Of a stretch of 64,000 nucleotides of DNA, positions 1 to 10,054 are shown in pieces. A model generated the notes under the pieces. That model was not told the origin of the DNA and did not search any database. It was given only the letters and a program-made list of their open reading frames with translations. The stretch spans positions 2,992 through 66,991 of the forward strand of contig CAKPKR010000003.1 of the NCBI GenBank assembly GCA_934167465.1, written 5' to 3'. Source of the stretch: an uncultured Bacilli bacterium. Its GTDB lineage: Bacteria > Bacillota_I > Bacilli_A > RF39 > UBA660. Numbering within the stretch: the first letter of the stretch is position 1; each line of letters opens with the position of its first letter. A program made the translations under genes and the position numbers.

Positions 1-1
1 T

Positions 2-241
2 CCAAAATTAAAAGATATGAAATTTCAAATAGTTGGAACAAAAGTAACAAACGGAAAAGACATAAAAGAACTTGAAAAAAATAAAAAAATATGTATAATA
101 ATGGGAAATGAAGGAAATGGAATAAGCAATGAAATCCTTAATTTATGTGATGACTATATATATATAAAAATGAATAATAATTGTGAAAGTTTGAATGTAG
201 GAGTTGCTACATCAATCATACTTTATGAAATGGATAAATAG
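2..241 (+). CDS. SpoU/TrmH-family RNA 2'-O-methyltransferase, C-terminal fragment; the gene starts upstream of the window
   Basis: The open frame runs off the 5' edge of the window. GNEGNGIS and SLNVGVATSIILYE match SpoU motifs 2 and 3. Confidence 0.55.
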   Translation, partial: PKLKDMKFQIVGTKVTNGKDIKELEKNKKICIIMGNEGNGISNEILNLCDDYIYIKMNNNCESLNVGVATSIILYEMDK

Positions 242-249
242 GTGAAAAC

Positions 250-726
250 ATGATTTATATTGGAAAATTAGTAAACACTCATGGTATAAAAGGAGAAGTA
301 AAAATTATATCAGATATTGATTATAAAAAAGAAGTATTTAAAAAAGGAAATCATTTATATGTAAATGATGATAAATTAACTATAAATAATTATAGAACTC
401 ATAAAAATTTTGATATGGTGATATTTGAAGAAATAACAGATATAAATGAAGCTTTAAAATATAAAAATTGTAATGTTTATATAGACAAAAATGAAATTAA
501 AAATATTACATTAAATGAAGAATTAATAGGCTATGATGTTTATAGTAATAGATATATAGGAAAAGTTAGTAAATTAATGAAAAATAAAAAATATGATATT
601 TTAGTAATAGAAAACAATGAAAAAGAATATTTAGTTCCTAATATTAAAGAATTTGTAATAAAAATTGATTCAGAAAATAAAAAAATAATAATAAATGAAA
701 TAGAAGGTTTAATAAATGAAAATTGA
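250..726 (+). CDS. rimM: 16S rRNA processing protein RimM
   Basis: The N-terminal LVNTHGIKGEVKI (GxHGxxGE) motif is present. A Shine-Dalgarno sequence, AGGTGA, precedes the ATG. The gene overlaps trmD as in the conserved rimM-trmD arrangement. Confidence 0.8.
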   Translation: MIYIGKLVNTHGIKGEVKIISDIDYKKEVFKKGNHLYVNDDKLTINNYRTHKNFDMVIFEEITDINEALKYKNCNVYIDKNEIKNITLNEELIGYDVYSNRYIGKVSKLMKNKKYDILVIENNEKEYLVPNIKEFVIKIDSENKKIIINEIEGLINEN

Positions 727-1384
727 TGTTTTAACACTTTTTCCAGATATGTATACTGGAATAATTAATGAATCAATTATATCTAGAGCAGTCAAAAATA
801 AATTAGTTGAAATAAATATTCACAATTTTAGGGAATATTCAAAAGAAAAAAACAAAAAAGTTGATGACTATGGTTTTGGTGGAGGGAAAGGTATGGTATT
901 AATGCCTCAACCTATATATGATGCTATTAATGCTTTAAAAACAAAAGATACATTAGTAATAATGATGACACCACAAGGTAAACCTTATAATCAAAAAAAA
1001 GCATATGAGCTTAGTAAATATAAGCACATAATTATTTTGTGTGGACACTATGAAGGATTTGATGAAAGAATAAGAAATTTTGTGGATTTAGAAATAAGTA
1101 TTGGTGACTATGTATTAACAGGTGGTGAAATTCCTAGTATGGTGTTAATAGATAGCATTACAAGATTAATACCAGGTGTAATAGAGCAAGAATCACATAT
1201 AGAAGACTCATTTAATAACAATCTATTAGACTATCCAGTTTACACAAAACCAACTGATTTTAATGGAATGAAAGTTCCTGATGTATTATTATCAGGTCAC
1301 CATGAAAACATAAAAAAATGGCGATTAGAACAAAGCATCAAAAAAACCAAAGAACGAAGACCAGATTTACTAGAAAAGAGTTGA
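716..1384 (+). CDS. trmD: tRNA (guanine37-N1)-methyltransferase TrmD
   Basis: IDVLTLFPDM and the SPOUT-fold motifs are present. The gene ends at a TGA stop, which shows that TGA is not read as Trp here. Confidence 0.9.
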   Translation: MKIDVLTLFPDMYTGIINESIISRAVKNKLVEINIHNFREYSKEKNKKVDDYGFGGGKGMVLMPQPIYDAINALKTKDTLVIMMTPQGKPYNQKKAYELSKYKHIIILCGHYEGFDERIRNFVDLEISIGDYVLTGGEIPSMVLIDSITRLIPGVIEQESHIEDSFNNNLLDYPVYTKPTDFNGMKVPDVLLSGHHENIKKWRLEQSIKKTKERRPDLLEKS

Positions 1385-1388
1385 TATT

Positions 1389-1832
1389 ATGAAAAATTAT
1401 ATGGTTGCTAAAAGTAATTATAAAGGTGAAATAGTATTTGTAAATTATGAAAAATTGGATGGTTATAAAATCAGTCCTAAAAATATTAAAACACCTGGTA
1501 TAAGTGTAAAAAGCTTAATTATAGTTAAACCATCATTTATTGAAAAAGTATTAAAAAGAAAATTACAAAGAAAATTGGAATATTATCTTAAATATTTAAT
1601 TGAAATAAATGATGATGATTCAACTGACTTTAGAGAAGCTCTTAACGATATTGAGAGATTCAAGGAAATCATTAAATATAAATATCAAAAATATTTAGAT
1701 GATAAATATATAAATTTATTACTAAAAAAAATAACACTTATTCAAAAAGAAATAAAAGAAAAAATTATCTATAAAGAATTTAATAAAAATGAAGAAAATG
1801 AATACGAAGAAGTAAGACATAGAAGTAGATGA
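1389..1832 (+). CDS. hypothetical Lys/Glu-rich protein
   Basis: The ORF begins 4 nt after trmD. I found no recognisable motif. Confidence 0.3.
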   Translation: MKNYMVAKSNYKGEIVFVNYEKLDGYKISPKNIKTPGISVKSLIIVKPSFIEKVLKRKLQRKLEYYLKYLIEINDDDSTDFREALNDIERFKEIIKYKYQKYLDDKYINLLLKKITLIQKEIKEKIIYKEFNKNEENEYEEVRHRSR

Positions 1833-1868
1833 TTTGATAAAAAAATATAATAATTATCAGGGGACATT

Positions 1869-2639
1869 ATGAAAGAAAAAACTAAATATAAAATATTAAA
1901 AACTGAAATAGCAACTTTAATTATAATTGCTTTCTTAAATGTTGATATTAATTTAAAAACATATAATGATATAAAAAAAGAAACAATTGAATTTGAAAAC
2001 AACAATGATGATATAATTAAACTTTATAATGAATATATAAAAATTCTAGCAAACTATTATAAAAATAATTATGATAATGTATTCAATATTTCAGAATCAT
2101 TTCATTTAATGTATATAAATAACTTATTATCTTATGGTGATGGTTTCTTTGAAAATGGAAAACCAGATTTAGATATTACTAAATATGGTGGAATTGACGT
2201 TGTAAATGGTAAAGGTGTTTGCAGAAATGTAAATTGTTGCTTTACCGATATCTTAAAATCAATTGGTTTTGATTGTGGAAATGTATATGGTACTATTAAT
2301 TATAAAAATAATGTAGAAATAATTCCAAATCACGTTTTAACATGGGTTAACATTGATGAATATATATATCTATTAGATCCATACAATAATTTTATTTTTA
2401 AAAAAAATAAATTATTTTATTCTTCTAGTGAAGGAGCGACATTCGTACCTAGTTTGTTAACAACTAAAAAAATGAATGAAAAAATTAATTTAAAAGTATT
2501 TTTTTATGAAAAAAATGACTCTGAAATATATGTTGAAAGAATAAATATAGAACAATTAATAAATTCTAAAAAATTTGAAGAACAAAATTTAGAAGAACTA
2601 GAAAAACAAATAGTTTTAAAGTTAAATACTTTACAATAA
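1869..2639 (+). CDS. transglutaminase-like cysteine protease superfamily protein
   Basis: The Cys-His-Asp arrangement GKGVCRN ... NHVLTWVN ... LLDPYN resembles a transglutaminase-like core. Confidence 0.4.
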   Translation: MKEKTKYKILKTEIATLIIIAFLNVDINLKTYNDIKKETIEFENNNDDIIKLYNEYIKILANYYKNNYDNVFNISESFHLMYINNLLSYGDGFFENGKPDLDITKYGGIDVVNGKGVCRNVNCCFTDILKSIGFDCGNVYGTINYKNNVEIIPNHVLTWVNIDEYIYLLDPYNNFIFKKNKLFYSSSEGATFVPSLLTTKKMNEKINLKVFFYEKNDSEIYVERINIEQLINSKKFEEQNLEELEKQIVLKLNTLQ

Positions 2640-2732
2640 TATAAAAATATGTTAAAATGATTAAGTTGTGATCCGCTTTTCATAAAATTAATGATTATGA
2701 TCATATTAAAACAAAAGAAAGGACGTGCGAGA

Positions 2733-3077
2733 ATGAATTTAGTTGAAAAAATAACTAAAAGTCAAATAAGAACAGACCTTCCAGAATTTAGAGTTGGAGA
2801 TACTATTAAAGTAGGTTACAAAATTAAAGAAGGTAACAAAGAAAGAATCCAAGATTTTGAAGGAATTGTTATTACAATTAAAAAAAGAGGAGTTGGAAGA
2901 AACTTTATAGTTAGAAAACTTTCTCAAGGAATTGGTGTTGAAAGAACATTTGCTATGAATTCACCAAAAATTGATTCAATAACAGTAATTAGAAAAGGTA
3001 AAGTTCGTCAAGCTAGACTTGGATATTTAAGAGATTTAGTTAGTCAACCAAAAATTAAAGAAAGAAGAGATAAATAA
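2733..3077 (+). CDS. rplS: 50S ribosomal protein L19
   Basis: MNLVEKITKSQIRTDLPEFRVGDTIKV matches the L19 N-terminus. The start was moved to the internal ATG. Confidence 0.9.
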   Translation: MNLVEKITKSQIRTDLPEFRVGDTIKVGYKIKEGNKERIQDFEGIVITIKKRGVGRNFIVRKLSQGIGVERTFAMNSPKIDSITVIRKGKVRQARLGYLRDLVSQPKIKERRDK

Positions 3078-3117
3078 TCTCTTTTTATTTTTAAATAAAA
3101 GTAGTATAATTAAATAG

Positions 3118-3612
3118 GTGAATATTATGAATAAAATAAAAGAATTAGTACCATATATAGTAATAACAATGATTGTAATATTAATTAGAATGTTTATCAT
3201 ATCTCCAGTTAGAGTAGATGGAACATCAATGTATCCAACACTATCAAACAATGAATTTTTATTATTGAGTAAATATGATCAATCATATGATAGATTTGAT
3301 ATTGTAGTTTTAAAATATAGAAATGAACGATTAGTAAAAAGAATAATTGGTTTACCAGGTGAAACTGTAGAATATAAAAATAATACATTATATATAAATG
3401 GAAAAGAAATGGAAGAACCATTTATTAATACAAACACTGATGATTTTAATTTGAATGAATTAGGTTATGATAAAATACCTGAAAACTATTATTTTGTCGT
3501 AGGAGATAATCGTGGTTCATCATTAGATAGTAGAATGATAGGACTAATAAATAAAAAAGATTTACAAGGAACAATAAAACTAAGTATAACAGGGTTTAAG
3601 TTTGTAAAATAA
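3118..3612 (+). CDS. lepB: signal peptidase I
   Basis: A transmembrane segment is followed by VDGTSMYPTL, the catalytic Ser box. KRIIGLPGETV and GDNRGSSLDSR are also present. Confidence 0.85.
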   Translation: MNIMNKIKELVPYIVITMIVILIRMFIISPVRVDGTSMYPTLSNNEFLLLSKYDQSYDRFDIVVLKYRNERLVKRIIGLPGETVEYKNNTLYINGKEMEEPFINTNTDDFNLNELGYDKIPENYYFVVGDNRGSSLDSRMIGLINKKDLQGTIKLSITGFKFVK

Positions 3613-3742
3613 ATGTACATTAATAAAAATCACTTGCATATTATAATAATATAGTGTATATTATATATGTACTTATTTTTGGACAAATGAGTCTCCGACT
3701 TTTGCCTAGAAATATGCGAATTTAATGAAAGGAGAAAATAAA

Positions 3743-4012
3743 ATGGCATTAAGTAAAGAAATTAAAGAAAAAATTGTAAAAGAATATGCTAGAAGTGAAG
3801 GTGACACTGGTTCAGCTGAAGTTCAAATAGCAATCTTAACACAAGAAATCAAAGATTTAACTGAACATTTAAAAGAACATCAACATGACTTCCATTCAAG
3901 AAGAGGACTTCTTAAAAAAGTTGGTCAAAGAAGAAGTATGTTACAATACTTATACAAAACTGATGTTACTCGTTATAGAGACTTAATTAAAAAATTAGGT
4001 TTAAGAAAATAA
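3743..4012 (+). CDS. rpsO: 30S ribosomal protein S15
   Basis: The S15 sequence is 89 aa. A Shine-Dalgarno sequence, AAAGGAG, lies upstream of the internal ATG. Confidence 0.9.
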   Translation: MALSKEIKEKIVKEYARSEGDTGSAEVQIAILTQEIKDLTEHLKEHQHDFHSRRGLLKKVGQRRSMLQYLYKTDVTRYRDLIKKLGLRK

Positions 4013-4048
4013 TTGAAAATAGTAGGCACTCTTTTTTGAGTGTCTTTT
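4013..4048 (+). terminator. rpsO terminator and pnp leader hairpin
   Basis: GGCACTC-tttttt-GAGTGTC is followed by a T-run between rpsO and pnp. Confidence 0.4.
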
Positions 4049-4066
4049 ATATATGAGGAGGTAAAT

Positions 4067-6205
4067 ATGAAAAAAATATTTGAATTAGATTTTAGGGGAA
4101 GAAAATTAGTAGTAGAACATGGAGAACTTGCCAAACAAGCTCATGGTGCTGTTTTAGTAAGATATGGAGATACAGTTATACTATCAACAGCAGTAGTATC
4201 TAAAAATGCGAATATTCTATCAGACTTTTTCCCATTAATGGTACTATATCAAGAAAAATTATACTCAGTTGGTAAAATACCAGGTGGATTTATAAAAAGA
4301 GAAGGTCGTCCAACAGATGCTGCAACTTTAGCAGCTCGTATGATAGATAGACCTATGAGACCAATGTTTCCAAGTGATTTCAGAAATGAGGTTCAAGTGG
4401 TAAACACAGTATTATCAGTAGATAATGATTATTCACCAGAACTTACTGCTATGTTTGGATCAAGTTTATGTACAAGCATATCAAAAATACCATTTGATGG
4501 ACCAATAGCTGGTGTAAAAGTAGGTAGAATTGATGGCGAATTTATTATCAATCCAACTCCAGATCAACTAGAGGTATCTGATATTGACTTAACAGTTGCA
4601 GGAACTAAATATGCTATAAATATGGTTGAAGCTGGTTCTAAAGAAGTATCAGAAGAAGATATGTTAGAAGCATTAATGTTTGGTCATGAAGCAGTTAAAG
4701 AGTTATGTGAGTTCCAAGAAAAAATCATCGATGAAATTGGTGAAGAAAAAATGGAATATGAAAAACTAGAAATAGAAGATAGTTTAAGAAATGAAATATA
4801 TGAACTTGCTGCTTCTAAATTAGATAAAGCAATGCGTATTAAAGAAAAATTAGAAAAATATGCAGCAATAGATGCTGTAAAAGAAGAAGTTGTAAATAAA
4901 TACACAGAAGAAAATTCTGAATTAGAAAAAGATGACTTAAATATTTTAATTACTAAAGTTAAATTAGTATTAGAATCCATCGAATATGATATATTTAGAT
5001 CAATAACAGTTAATGAAAAAACAAGATCTGATGGTAGAAGTATGACCGAAATAAGACCATTATCAACAGATATAGATTTACTTCCTAGAACTCATGGTAG
5101 TGCTTTATTTACAAGAGGTGAAACTCAAGCGTTAGCTGTAACAACTTTAGGTGCATTAAATGAATATCAAGCCTTAGATGGAATTAGTTTAGAAGCCGAA
5201 AAACATTTTATGTTACATTATAATTTCCCTCAATTTTCAGTTGGGGAAACTGGTAGATATGGTTCACCAGGTAGAAGAGAAATAGGTCATGGTGCTTTAG
5301 GAGAAAGATGTTTAAAACAAGTAATGCCTTCTGAAGATGAATTCCCATATACAGTAAGAGTTGTATCAGAAATATTAGAATCTAATGGTTCAAGTAGTCA
5401 AGCAACAATATGTGCTGGATGTATGAGTTTAATGGCAGCAGGTGTTCCGATTAAAGCTCCAGTTGCTGGAATTGCTATGGGATTAATCACATCTAAAGAT
5501 GAAAAAGAATATACAATATTAACTGATATTCAAGGTATGGAAGACCACTTAGGTGATATGGACTTCAAAGTAGGAGGAACAAGAAAAGGTATTTGTTCAT
5601 TACAAATGGATATCAAAATTAAAGGAATAACAAAAGAAATTTTAAGAGAAGCTTTAGCGCAAGCTAAACAAGCTCGTATGGAAATATTAGATGTAATGGA
5701 AGTACAAATAGCTGAACCTCGTAAAGAAGTTTCTAAATATGCACCAAAAACAATGATATTTACAATTGATCCAAACAAAATCAAAGATGTTATTGGTAGA
5801 GGTGGAGAAACAATCACTAAGATAATTTGCGATGCTTCTAATGTAAATACAGTTACTGATGTAAATGCTGTTAAAGTTGATTTAGCTGATGATGGTAAAG
5901 TTACTATTTATCATACTGATAAAGAAATAATTGAAAAAACAGCAGAAATGATTAAATCAATTGTTAGAGAAGTAGAAGATAATGTTATTTATAAAGGTAA
6001 AGTAGTTAAAGTAGAAGAATTTGGTTGTTTTGTAGAATTGTGGCCTGGATGTGAAGGATTAGTTCATGTTTCTCAGTTAGCAAACGAAAGAGTAGAAAAA
6101 CCAAGTGATTTAGTTAAAGTTGGCGATGAAATTTTAGTTAAATCATTAGGATATGATAAAAAAGGAAGATTGAATCTTTCAAGAAAAGAAGCATTAAAAG
6201 GATAA
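4067..6205 (+). CDS. pnp: polynucleotide phosphorylase
   Basis: Two RNase PH domains, a KH domain and an S1 domain are present. The start was moved to the ATG after the Shine-Dalgarno sequence GAGGAGG. Confidence 0.95.
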   Translation: MKKIFELDFRGRKLVVEHGELAKQAHGAVLVRYGDTVILSTAVVSKNANILSDFFPLMVLYQEKLYSVGKIPGGFIKREGRPTDAATLAARMIDRPMRPMFPSDFRNEVQVVNTVLSVDNDYSPELTAMFGSSLCTSISKIPFDGPIAGVKVGRIDGEFIINPTPDQLEVSDIDLTVAGTKYAINMVEAGSKEVSEEDMLEALMFGHEAVKELCEFQEKIIDEIGEEKMEYEKLEIEDSLRNEIYELAASKLDKAMRIKEKLEKYAAIDAVKEEVVNKYTEENSELEKDDLNILITKVKLVLESIEYDIFRSITVNEKTRSDGRSMTEIRPLSTDIDLLPRTHGSALFTRGETQALAVTTLGALNEYQALDGISLEAEKHFMLHYNFPQFSVGETGRYGSPGRREIGHGALGERCLKQVMPSEDEFPYTVRVVSEILESNGSSSQATICAGCMSLMAAGVPIKAPVAGIAMGLITSKDEKEYTILTDIQGMEDHLGDMDFKVGGTRKGICSLQMDIKIKGITKEILREALAQAKQARMEILDVMEVQIAEPRKEVSKYAPKTMIFTIDPNKIKDVIGRGGETITKIICDASNVNTVTDVNAVKVDLADDGKVTIYHTDKEIIEKTAEMIKSIVREVEDNVIYKGKVVKVEEFGCFVELWPGCEGLVHVSQLANERVEKPSDLVKVGDEILVKSLGYDKKGRLNLSRKEALKG

Positions 6206-6226
6206 TATATCCTTTTTCTTTACATT
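6196..6226 (+). terminator. rho-independent terminator after pnp
   Basis: AAGGATAatatATCCTT is followed by a T-run. Confidence 0.5.
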
Positions 6227-6266
6227 TTTATAGATTTTAATTATAATAATGGCATAGAGGTGCAGT

Positions 6267-7382
6267 ATGAAAAAAAGATACTTGTTTTTAATAATTTTTA
6301 TAATAATATTGTTGATACCTATAATAGTTATCAATATACCAAAAAAAGAAATAAAACCAATTGTTACTAATAATACTAATAGTTTTATCAAGAAAAATAT
6401 TAAGCTAAATTCTAATGATGACATTAATGTTAATGATTTTATTATTGATTTAAAACATAGTACTAATAGTTTATTTAATAATAATTTAGATGTATTTAAA
6501 GATTGGAAATTAAAAATTACTGATTGTTTTAATAATGAAGTTAAATTAACAACTATTTATCTAGATGAAAGTAATTCAGTTATTTCTAAAGAAGAGGCAA
6601 TTATAAATGATGAATTAAAAGAAGGTATAAAAGAAAAAAATATTTTACCTAAATCAGGAAAATATAATGTTCAAATAACTAATAATAAAAATAAATTTAA
6701 TACAACAATTACAATTATTGATAATGAAAAACCAATTTTAAAACTAAAAGAAATAACTATTAAAGAAGGAGAAGAAGTTAATATTAATTCATTTATAGAA
6801 AGTTGTACGGATAATAGTTATAGTTGTTCCAATTTAAAATTAACTAATTATGAAAAATTACCAACTGAAATTGGTGAATATGAATTAGAATTTGTAATTC
6901 AAGATATAAATGGAAATATAAGTGACCCTGTTAAGACAAAATTTAAAATTGAAAGTAAATATTCTTATACACCTAGTTACTCAAATGATAACTATACCCC
7001 AGCTCAAAATTCTTATGATAGAAGTAATCCAATAGTTAATAAAGCTCTTTCATTAGTAGGTTCATCTGGACTTTGTAGTGAGATAGCAGAAGCATCAATA
7101 AATACTATTGGTAAAACAGCTTGGTTAGAAGAAAATTTTGGAGGAATTACACTTCATTCTTTAACACCAGAAAATTTCCTAAAAATAGGCTATGAAGTTG
7201 GAATTAATTCAGTTCAACCTGGTGATATTTTATATTATGCAAATGGTGGCTTCGGTAGTTCACATGTTGCTATATATATTGGTAATGGTAATGCAGTTCA
7301 TGGTAATTTTAATGGAATAACTGTTATCTATTCAATGTATGTTCCAGGTGCATCTAATCCTAGAGTAATTAGAATAAATTAA
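6267..7382 (+). CDS. secreted NlpC/P60-family (CHAP-like) cell-wall hydrolase
   Basis: The protein has a signal anchor. The C-terminus has a Cys (SGLCSEIA) ... His (SSHVAIYIGNGNAVHG) arrangement typical of NlpC/P60. Confidence 0.5.
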   Translation: MKKRYLFLIIFIIILLIPIIVINIPKKEIKPIVTNNTNSFIKKNIKLNSNDDINVNDFIIDLKHSTNSLFNNNLDVFKDWKLKITDCFNNEVKLTTIYLDESNSVISKEEAIINDELKEGIKEKNILPKSGKYNVQITNNKNKFNTTITIIDNEKPILKLKEITIKEGEEVNINSFIESCTDNSYSCSNLKLTNYEKLPTEIGEYELEFVIQDINGNISDPVKTKFKIESKYSYTPSYSNDNYTPAQNSYDRSNPIVNKALSLVGSSGLCSEIAEASINTIGKTAWLEENFGGITLHSLTPENFLKIGYEVGINSVQPGDILYYANGGFGSSHVAIYIGNGNAVHGNFNGITVIYSMYVPGASNPRVIRIN

Positions 7383-7394
7383 AAAAATTATTTA

Positions 7395-7428
7395 AATCGA
7401 CATATTTTAATATGTCTTTTTTTTTATA
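7395..7428 (+). terminator. rho-independent terminator
   Basis: CGACATATtttaATATGTC is followed by T9. Confidence 0.5.
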
Positions 7429-7445
7429 ATAAAAATGGTGATAAT

Positions 7446-8228
7446 ATGAAAATATATTTAGATATGATATTTATGCTTAATTTTTGTTTTGATTTTATAT
7501 TATTATTAAGTGTATCAATCGTATTAAGAAGAAATATTAGTATTAAAAGATTACTGTTAGGCTCCACTTTAGGTGGATTAAGCATATTTGTATTATTTAT
7601 GAAAATAAATAGTTTTGAGCTTTTTTTGATTAAATTTGTAATTAGTTTGTTGATGTTACTAGTAACATTTAAATATAAAGATTTAAAATATACATTAAGA
7701 AATTTAGGATTTCTATACATTAACAGTATTCTTTTGGGTGGATTCTTATATTTTTTAAACATCCAGTTCTCGTACAAACAAGAAGGGTTAGTATTCTATC
7801 ACAATGGATTATCAATTAATTTTATATTTTTAATCATAATTTCACCAATAATAATATATATTTATATAAGACAAGCTAAGTCTTTGAAAAATACTTACTC
7901 TTTATATCATAAAGTAAATATATATTTTAATAATAAGGTATATAAAGTAAATGGATTTTTAGATACCGGAAACAAACTAAAAGATCCAATTACAAATAAG
8001 CCAGTAATAATATTAAAAGATAATATAATAAAAAATATAAATGATTATTATCTAATTCCATATACAACAATAAAAGAAAATGGATTAATAAAATGTATAA
8101 AAGTAGACAAAATTGAAATTAGTGATGTTGGTATTAAAGAAAATGTATTAGTTGGATTTATAAAAAATTTAAAAATGGAAGGAATAGATTGTATTTTAAA
8201 TACAACTATAATGGAGGGAAAATGTTAA
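7446..8228 (+). CDS. spoIIGA: sporulation sigma-E processing peptidase SpoIIGA
   Basis: Several transmembrane helices are followed by FLDTGNKLKDPITNKPVIIL, an aspartic protease DTG motif in a SpoIIGA-like context. The gene sits directly upstream of the pro-sigma-E gene. Confidence 0.75.
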   Translation: MKIYLDMIFMLNFCFDFILLLSVSIVLRRNISIKRLLLGSTLGGLSIFVLFMKINSFELFLIKFVISLLMLLVTFKYKDLKYTLRNLGFLYINSILLGGFLYFLNIQFSYKQEGLVFYHNGLSINFIFLIIISPIIIYIYIRQAKSLKNTYSLYHKVNIYFNNKVYKVNGFLDTGNKLKDPITNKPVIILKDNIIKNINDYYLIPYTTIKENGLIKCIKVDKIEISDVGIKENVLVGFIKNLKMEGIDCILNTTIMEGKC

Positions 8229-8914
8229 AGAAATTATTATATAAAATATTAAGATATTTTAGAGATGAGAATAATATGTTTTTTATTGGTAGTACAGATA
8301 AACTGCCAGAACCACTTTCAAAAGAAGATGAAGTTTATTATGTAACAAAATCTATGGATGGTGATGAATATGCCAGAAGTAAATTAATAGAACATAATTT
8401 AAGATTAGTTGTTTTCTTATCTAAAAAATATGAAAATACAGGAGTTGATTTAGAAGATTTAGTAAGTATTGGAACAATAGGTTTAATAAAAGGTGTAAAT
8501 ACATATAAATTAGATAAAAATATTAAGTTAGCAACTTATGCCTCTCGTTGTATAGATAATGAAATATTAATGTTCTTAAGAAAGAATAAAAAAAGAAGAA
8601 CTGAAATTTCTTTTGAGGATAGTTTGAGTTATGATTCAGAAGGGAATGAATTACATTTAGAAGATATACTTGGAACTGAACCTGATATAGTAACAAAAGG
8701 AATTGAAAAAGAAAATGAAAAAAAATTATTAAGTATGGAAATTAGTAAATTGAATGCTAGAGACAAACAGATAATGACTTTGAGATATGGATTAAATAAT
8801 AATGAAGAAATGACTCAAAAAGATGTGGCAAATGTTTTAGGAATAAGTCAAAGTTATATTTCGAGAATTGAAAAAAAGGTTATTAGAAAATTAAAAGGTT
8901 TGATCAAAATGTAA
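8222..8914 (+). CDS. sigE: sporulation sigma factor SigE (pro-sigma-E)
   Basis: NLRLVVFLSKKYENTGVDLEDLVSIGTIGLIKGVNTY, KLATYASRCIDNEILMFLR and QKDVANVLGISQSYISRIEK match Bacillus SigE almost residue for residue. The gene is adjacent to spoIIGA. Confidence 0.85.
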   Translation: MLKKLLYKILRYFRDENNMFFIGSTDKLPEPLSKEDEVYYVTKSMDGDEYARSKLIEHNLRLVVFLSKKYENTGVDLEDLVSIGTIGLIKGVNTYKLDKNIKLATYASRCIDNEILMFLRKNKKRRTEISFEDSLSYDSEGNELHLEDILGTEPDIVTKGIEKENEKKLLSMEISKLNARDKQIMTLRYGLNNNEEMTQKDVANVLGISQSYISRIEKKVIRKLKGLIKM

Positions 8915-9047
8915 GTAAGTAATTCCTTTTTTTGTATTGTTTTTTTTAATGTTTATAATAATAAAAAGATGTAAATAAAAAAATGATGTCTTGCAATATG
9001 TAATATATTTATTATATAATAAAATAGAAAGGTAGTAGTGAAGTAGT
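8915..9047 (+). promoter_or_regulatory. shared promoter and leader module, copy 1 (TTGCAA-18-TATAAT plus conserved 5' UTR ATAGAAAGGTAGTAGTGAAGTAGT-ATG)
   Basis: A module of about 130 bp recurs almost identically upstream of the genes at 9048, 10055 and 49682. The -35 is at 8991-8996 and the -10 at 9015-9020. Confidence 0.55.
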
Positions 9048-9917
9048 ATGAAAAAAATGTTAAGAAGCAGAATTTTTTTGGTAATAGTAACATTAATAAT
9101 AGGAATAAGTGGAACATTATATGCAGCAAACTCATATAACGCAAATGCTATTGTTTATAATTCAAGTGATGGAACAAGTAAAAATGTAAATGAAGCTTTG
9201 AATGATTTATATACAAAAAGTAAAAAAGAATATTATGTAAATGGATTAGTAGCATATTATAATCCTGTAACAGGATCAAAATGTAAAGTAAGCGAAGCAA
9301 CATCAAATACAAATAGCAAAGGAACATATACAGAGGTAAAAACAGGATGTATGAAATGGTATATTTTTAAAGAAGATTTTGATAATTATACAATGATATT
9401 AGATCACAATACTACTGCAAGAATAAAATGGAATGATAATAATGTAAATGTATCTTATGAAAATAGCAATATTAAAGCCGAAGTAGATAAGTTAGTAAGT
9501 GTCTCAAAATGGAAAAATACTCCTAGATTAATTACAGCAAATGAATTATCCAAAATAACAAATAATTCAACTTTTAATGATTCAGTTGAAAATAATTGGT
9601 ATTTTTTTGATAGTAATAGTCATAATCAAACTGCTACATCAAAGGGTGCAAGCACTTATTCTTGGCTATATGATTATACATCTTCTTGTTCAAGTTGGGG
9701 ATGTAATGTGGAAGATAATAATTATTATACTGGCGTTGGTACATCAGGAACTGGTTATTTTTATGGATATTGGACATCAACAACAAGGGGAACAGCTGGT
9801 GCTGGATATGCTGTTTGGGATGTTTTCCATCATGGTAATTTAGATGGTGGTGATGCTAATTATGATGCACGTGGTATTCGCCCAGTTATAACAATTTCAA
9901 AAACAATATTAAAATAA
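9048..9917 (+). CDS. variable secreted protein family member A0 (conserved N-terminal module plus DUF1566/Lcl-C-like C-terminus)
   Basis: The N-terminal 60 aa are shared with the genes at 32462, 33087, 33715, 41108, 42438, 52511 and 61881. The C-terminus, YWTSTT...AVWDVFHHGNL...ARGIRPV, fits the DUF1566 / FGE-fold ending. Confidence 0.6.
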   Translation: MKKMLRSRIFLVIVTLIIGISGTLYAANSYNANAIVYNSSDGTSKNVNEALNDLYTKSKKEYYVNGLVAYYNPVTGSKCKVSEATSNTNSKGTYTEVKTGCMKWYIFKEDFDNYTMILDHNTTARIKWNDNNVNVSYENSNIKAEVDKLVSVSKWKNTPRLITANELSKITNNSTFNDSVENNWYFFDSNSHNQTATSKGASTYSWLYDYTSSCSSWGCNVEDNNYYTGVGTSGTGYFYGYWTSTTRGTAGAGYAVWDVFHHGNLDGGDANYDARGIRPVITISKTILK

Positions 9918-10054
9918 GGAAGTAATTCCTTTTTTTGTATTCTTTTTCTAATAATAGTTATACTAATAAAAAAAGATGTAAATAAAAAAATATTGTCTTG
10001 CAAAAAGTAATACAATTAATGTATAATTGAATAGAAAGGTAGTAGTGAAGTAGT
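9918..10054 (+). promoter_or_regulatory. shared promoter and leader module, copy 2
   Basis: Same module. TTGCAA is at 9998-10003 and TATAAT at 10022-10027. A small AGGAA-gtaa-TTCCT-T7 terminator lies at its 5' end. Confidence 0.55.

Noticed and set aside
716-1384. Mycoplasma-like genetic code (TGA read as Trp), given the AT-richness and the vlp-like poly-tract promoters.
   Set aside because: TGA cleanly terminates trmD and several other conserved genes at the expected length. Sporulation genes (spoIIGA, sigE, CotD-like) and T-boxes point to a walled Firmicute.
2650-2732. A GC-rich segment, GGACGTGCGAG, just upstream of rplS as a possible L19 autoregulatory leader.
   Set aside because: I could not find a convincing complementary arm or the conserved L19-leader helices by eye. 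Keep only as a low-confidence possibility.
4684-4980. Minus-strand ORFs of 60-120 aa lying inside pnp, mutS, ileS, parE, B1/B2 and others. Examples are 4684-4980, 5530-5817, 13663-14025, 45542-45778, 10245-10661, 49722-50057 and 63456-63938.
   Set aside because: They are fully embedded antisense in well-supported genes. Their composition is low-complexity (Ser/Phe/Leu/Ile-rich), as is typical of shadow ORFs in AT-rich DNA. They have no Shine-Dalgarno sequences.
9577-9843. A plus-strand 88-aa ORF overlapping the A0 gene in another frame.
   Set aside because: It is an alternative-frame artefact inside a gene with a conserved N-terminus and a profile-like C-terminus.
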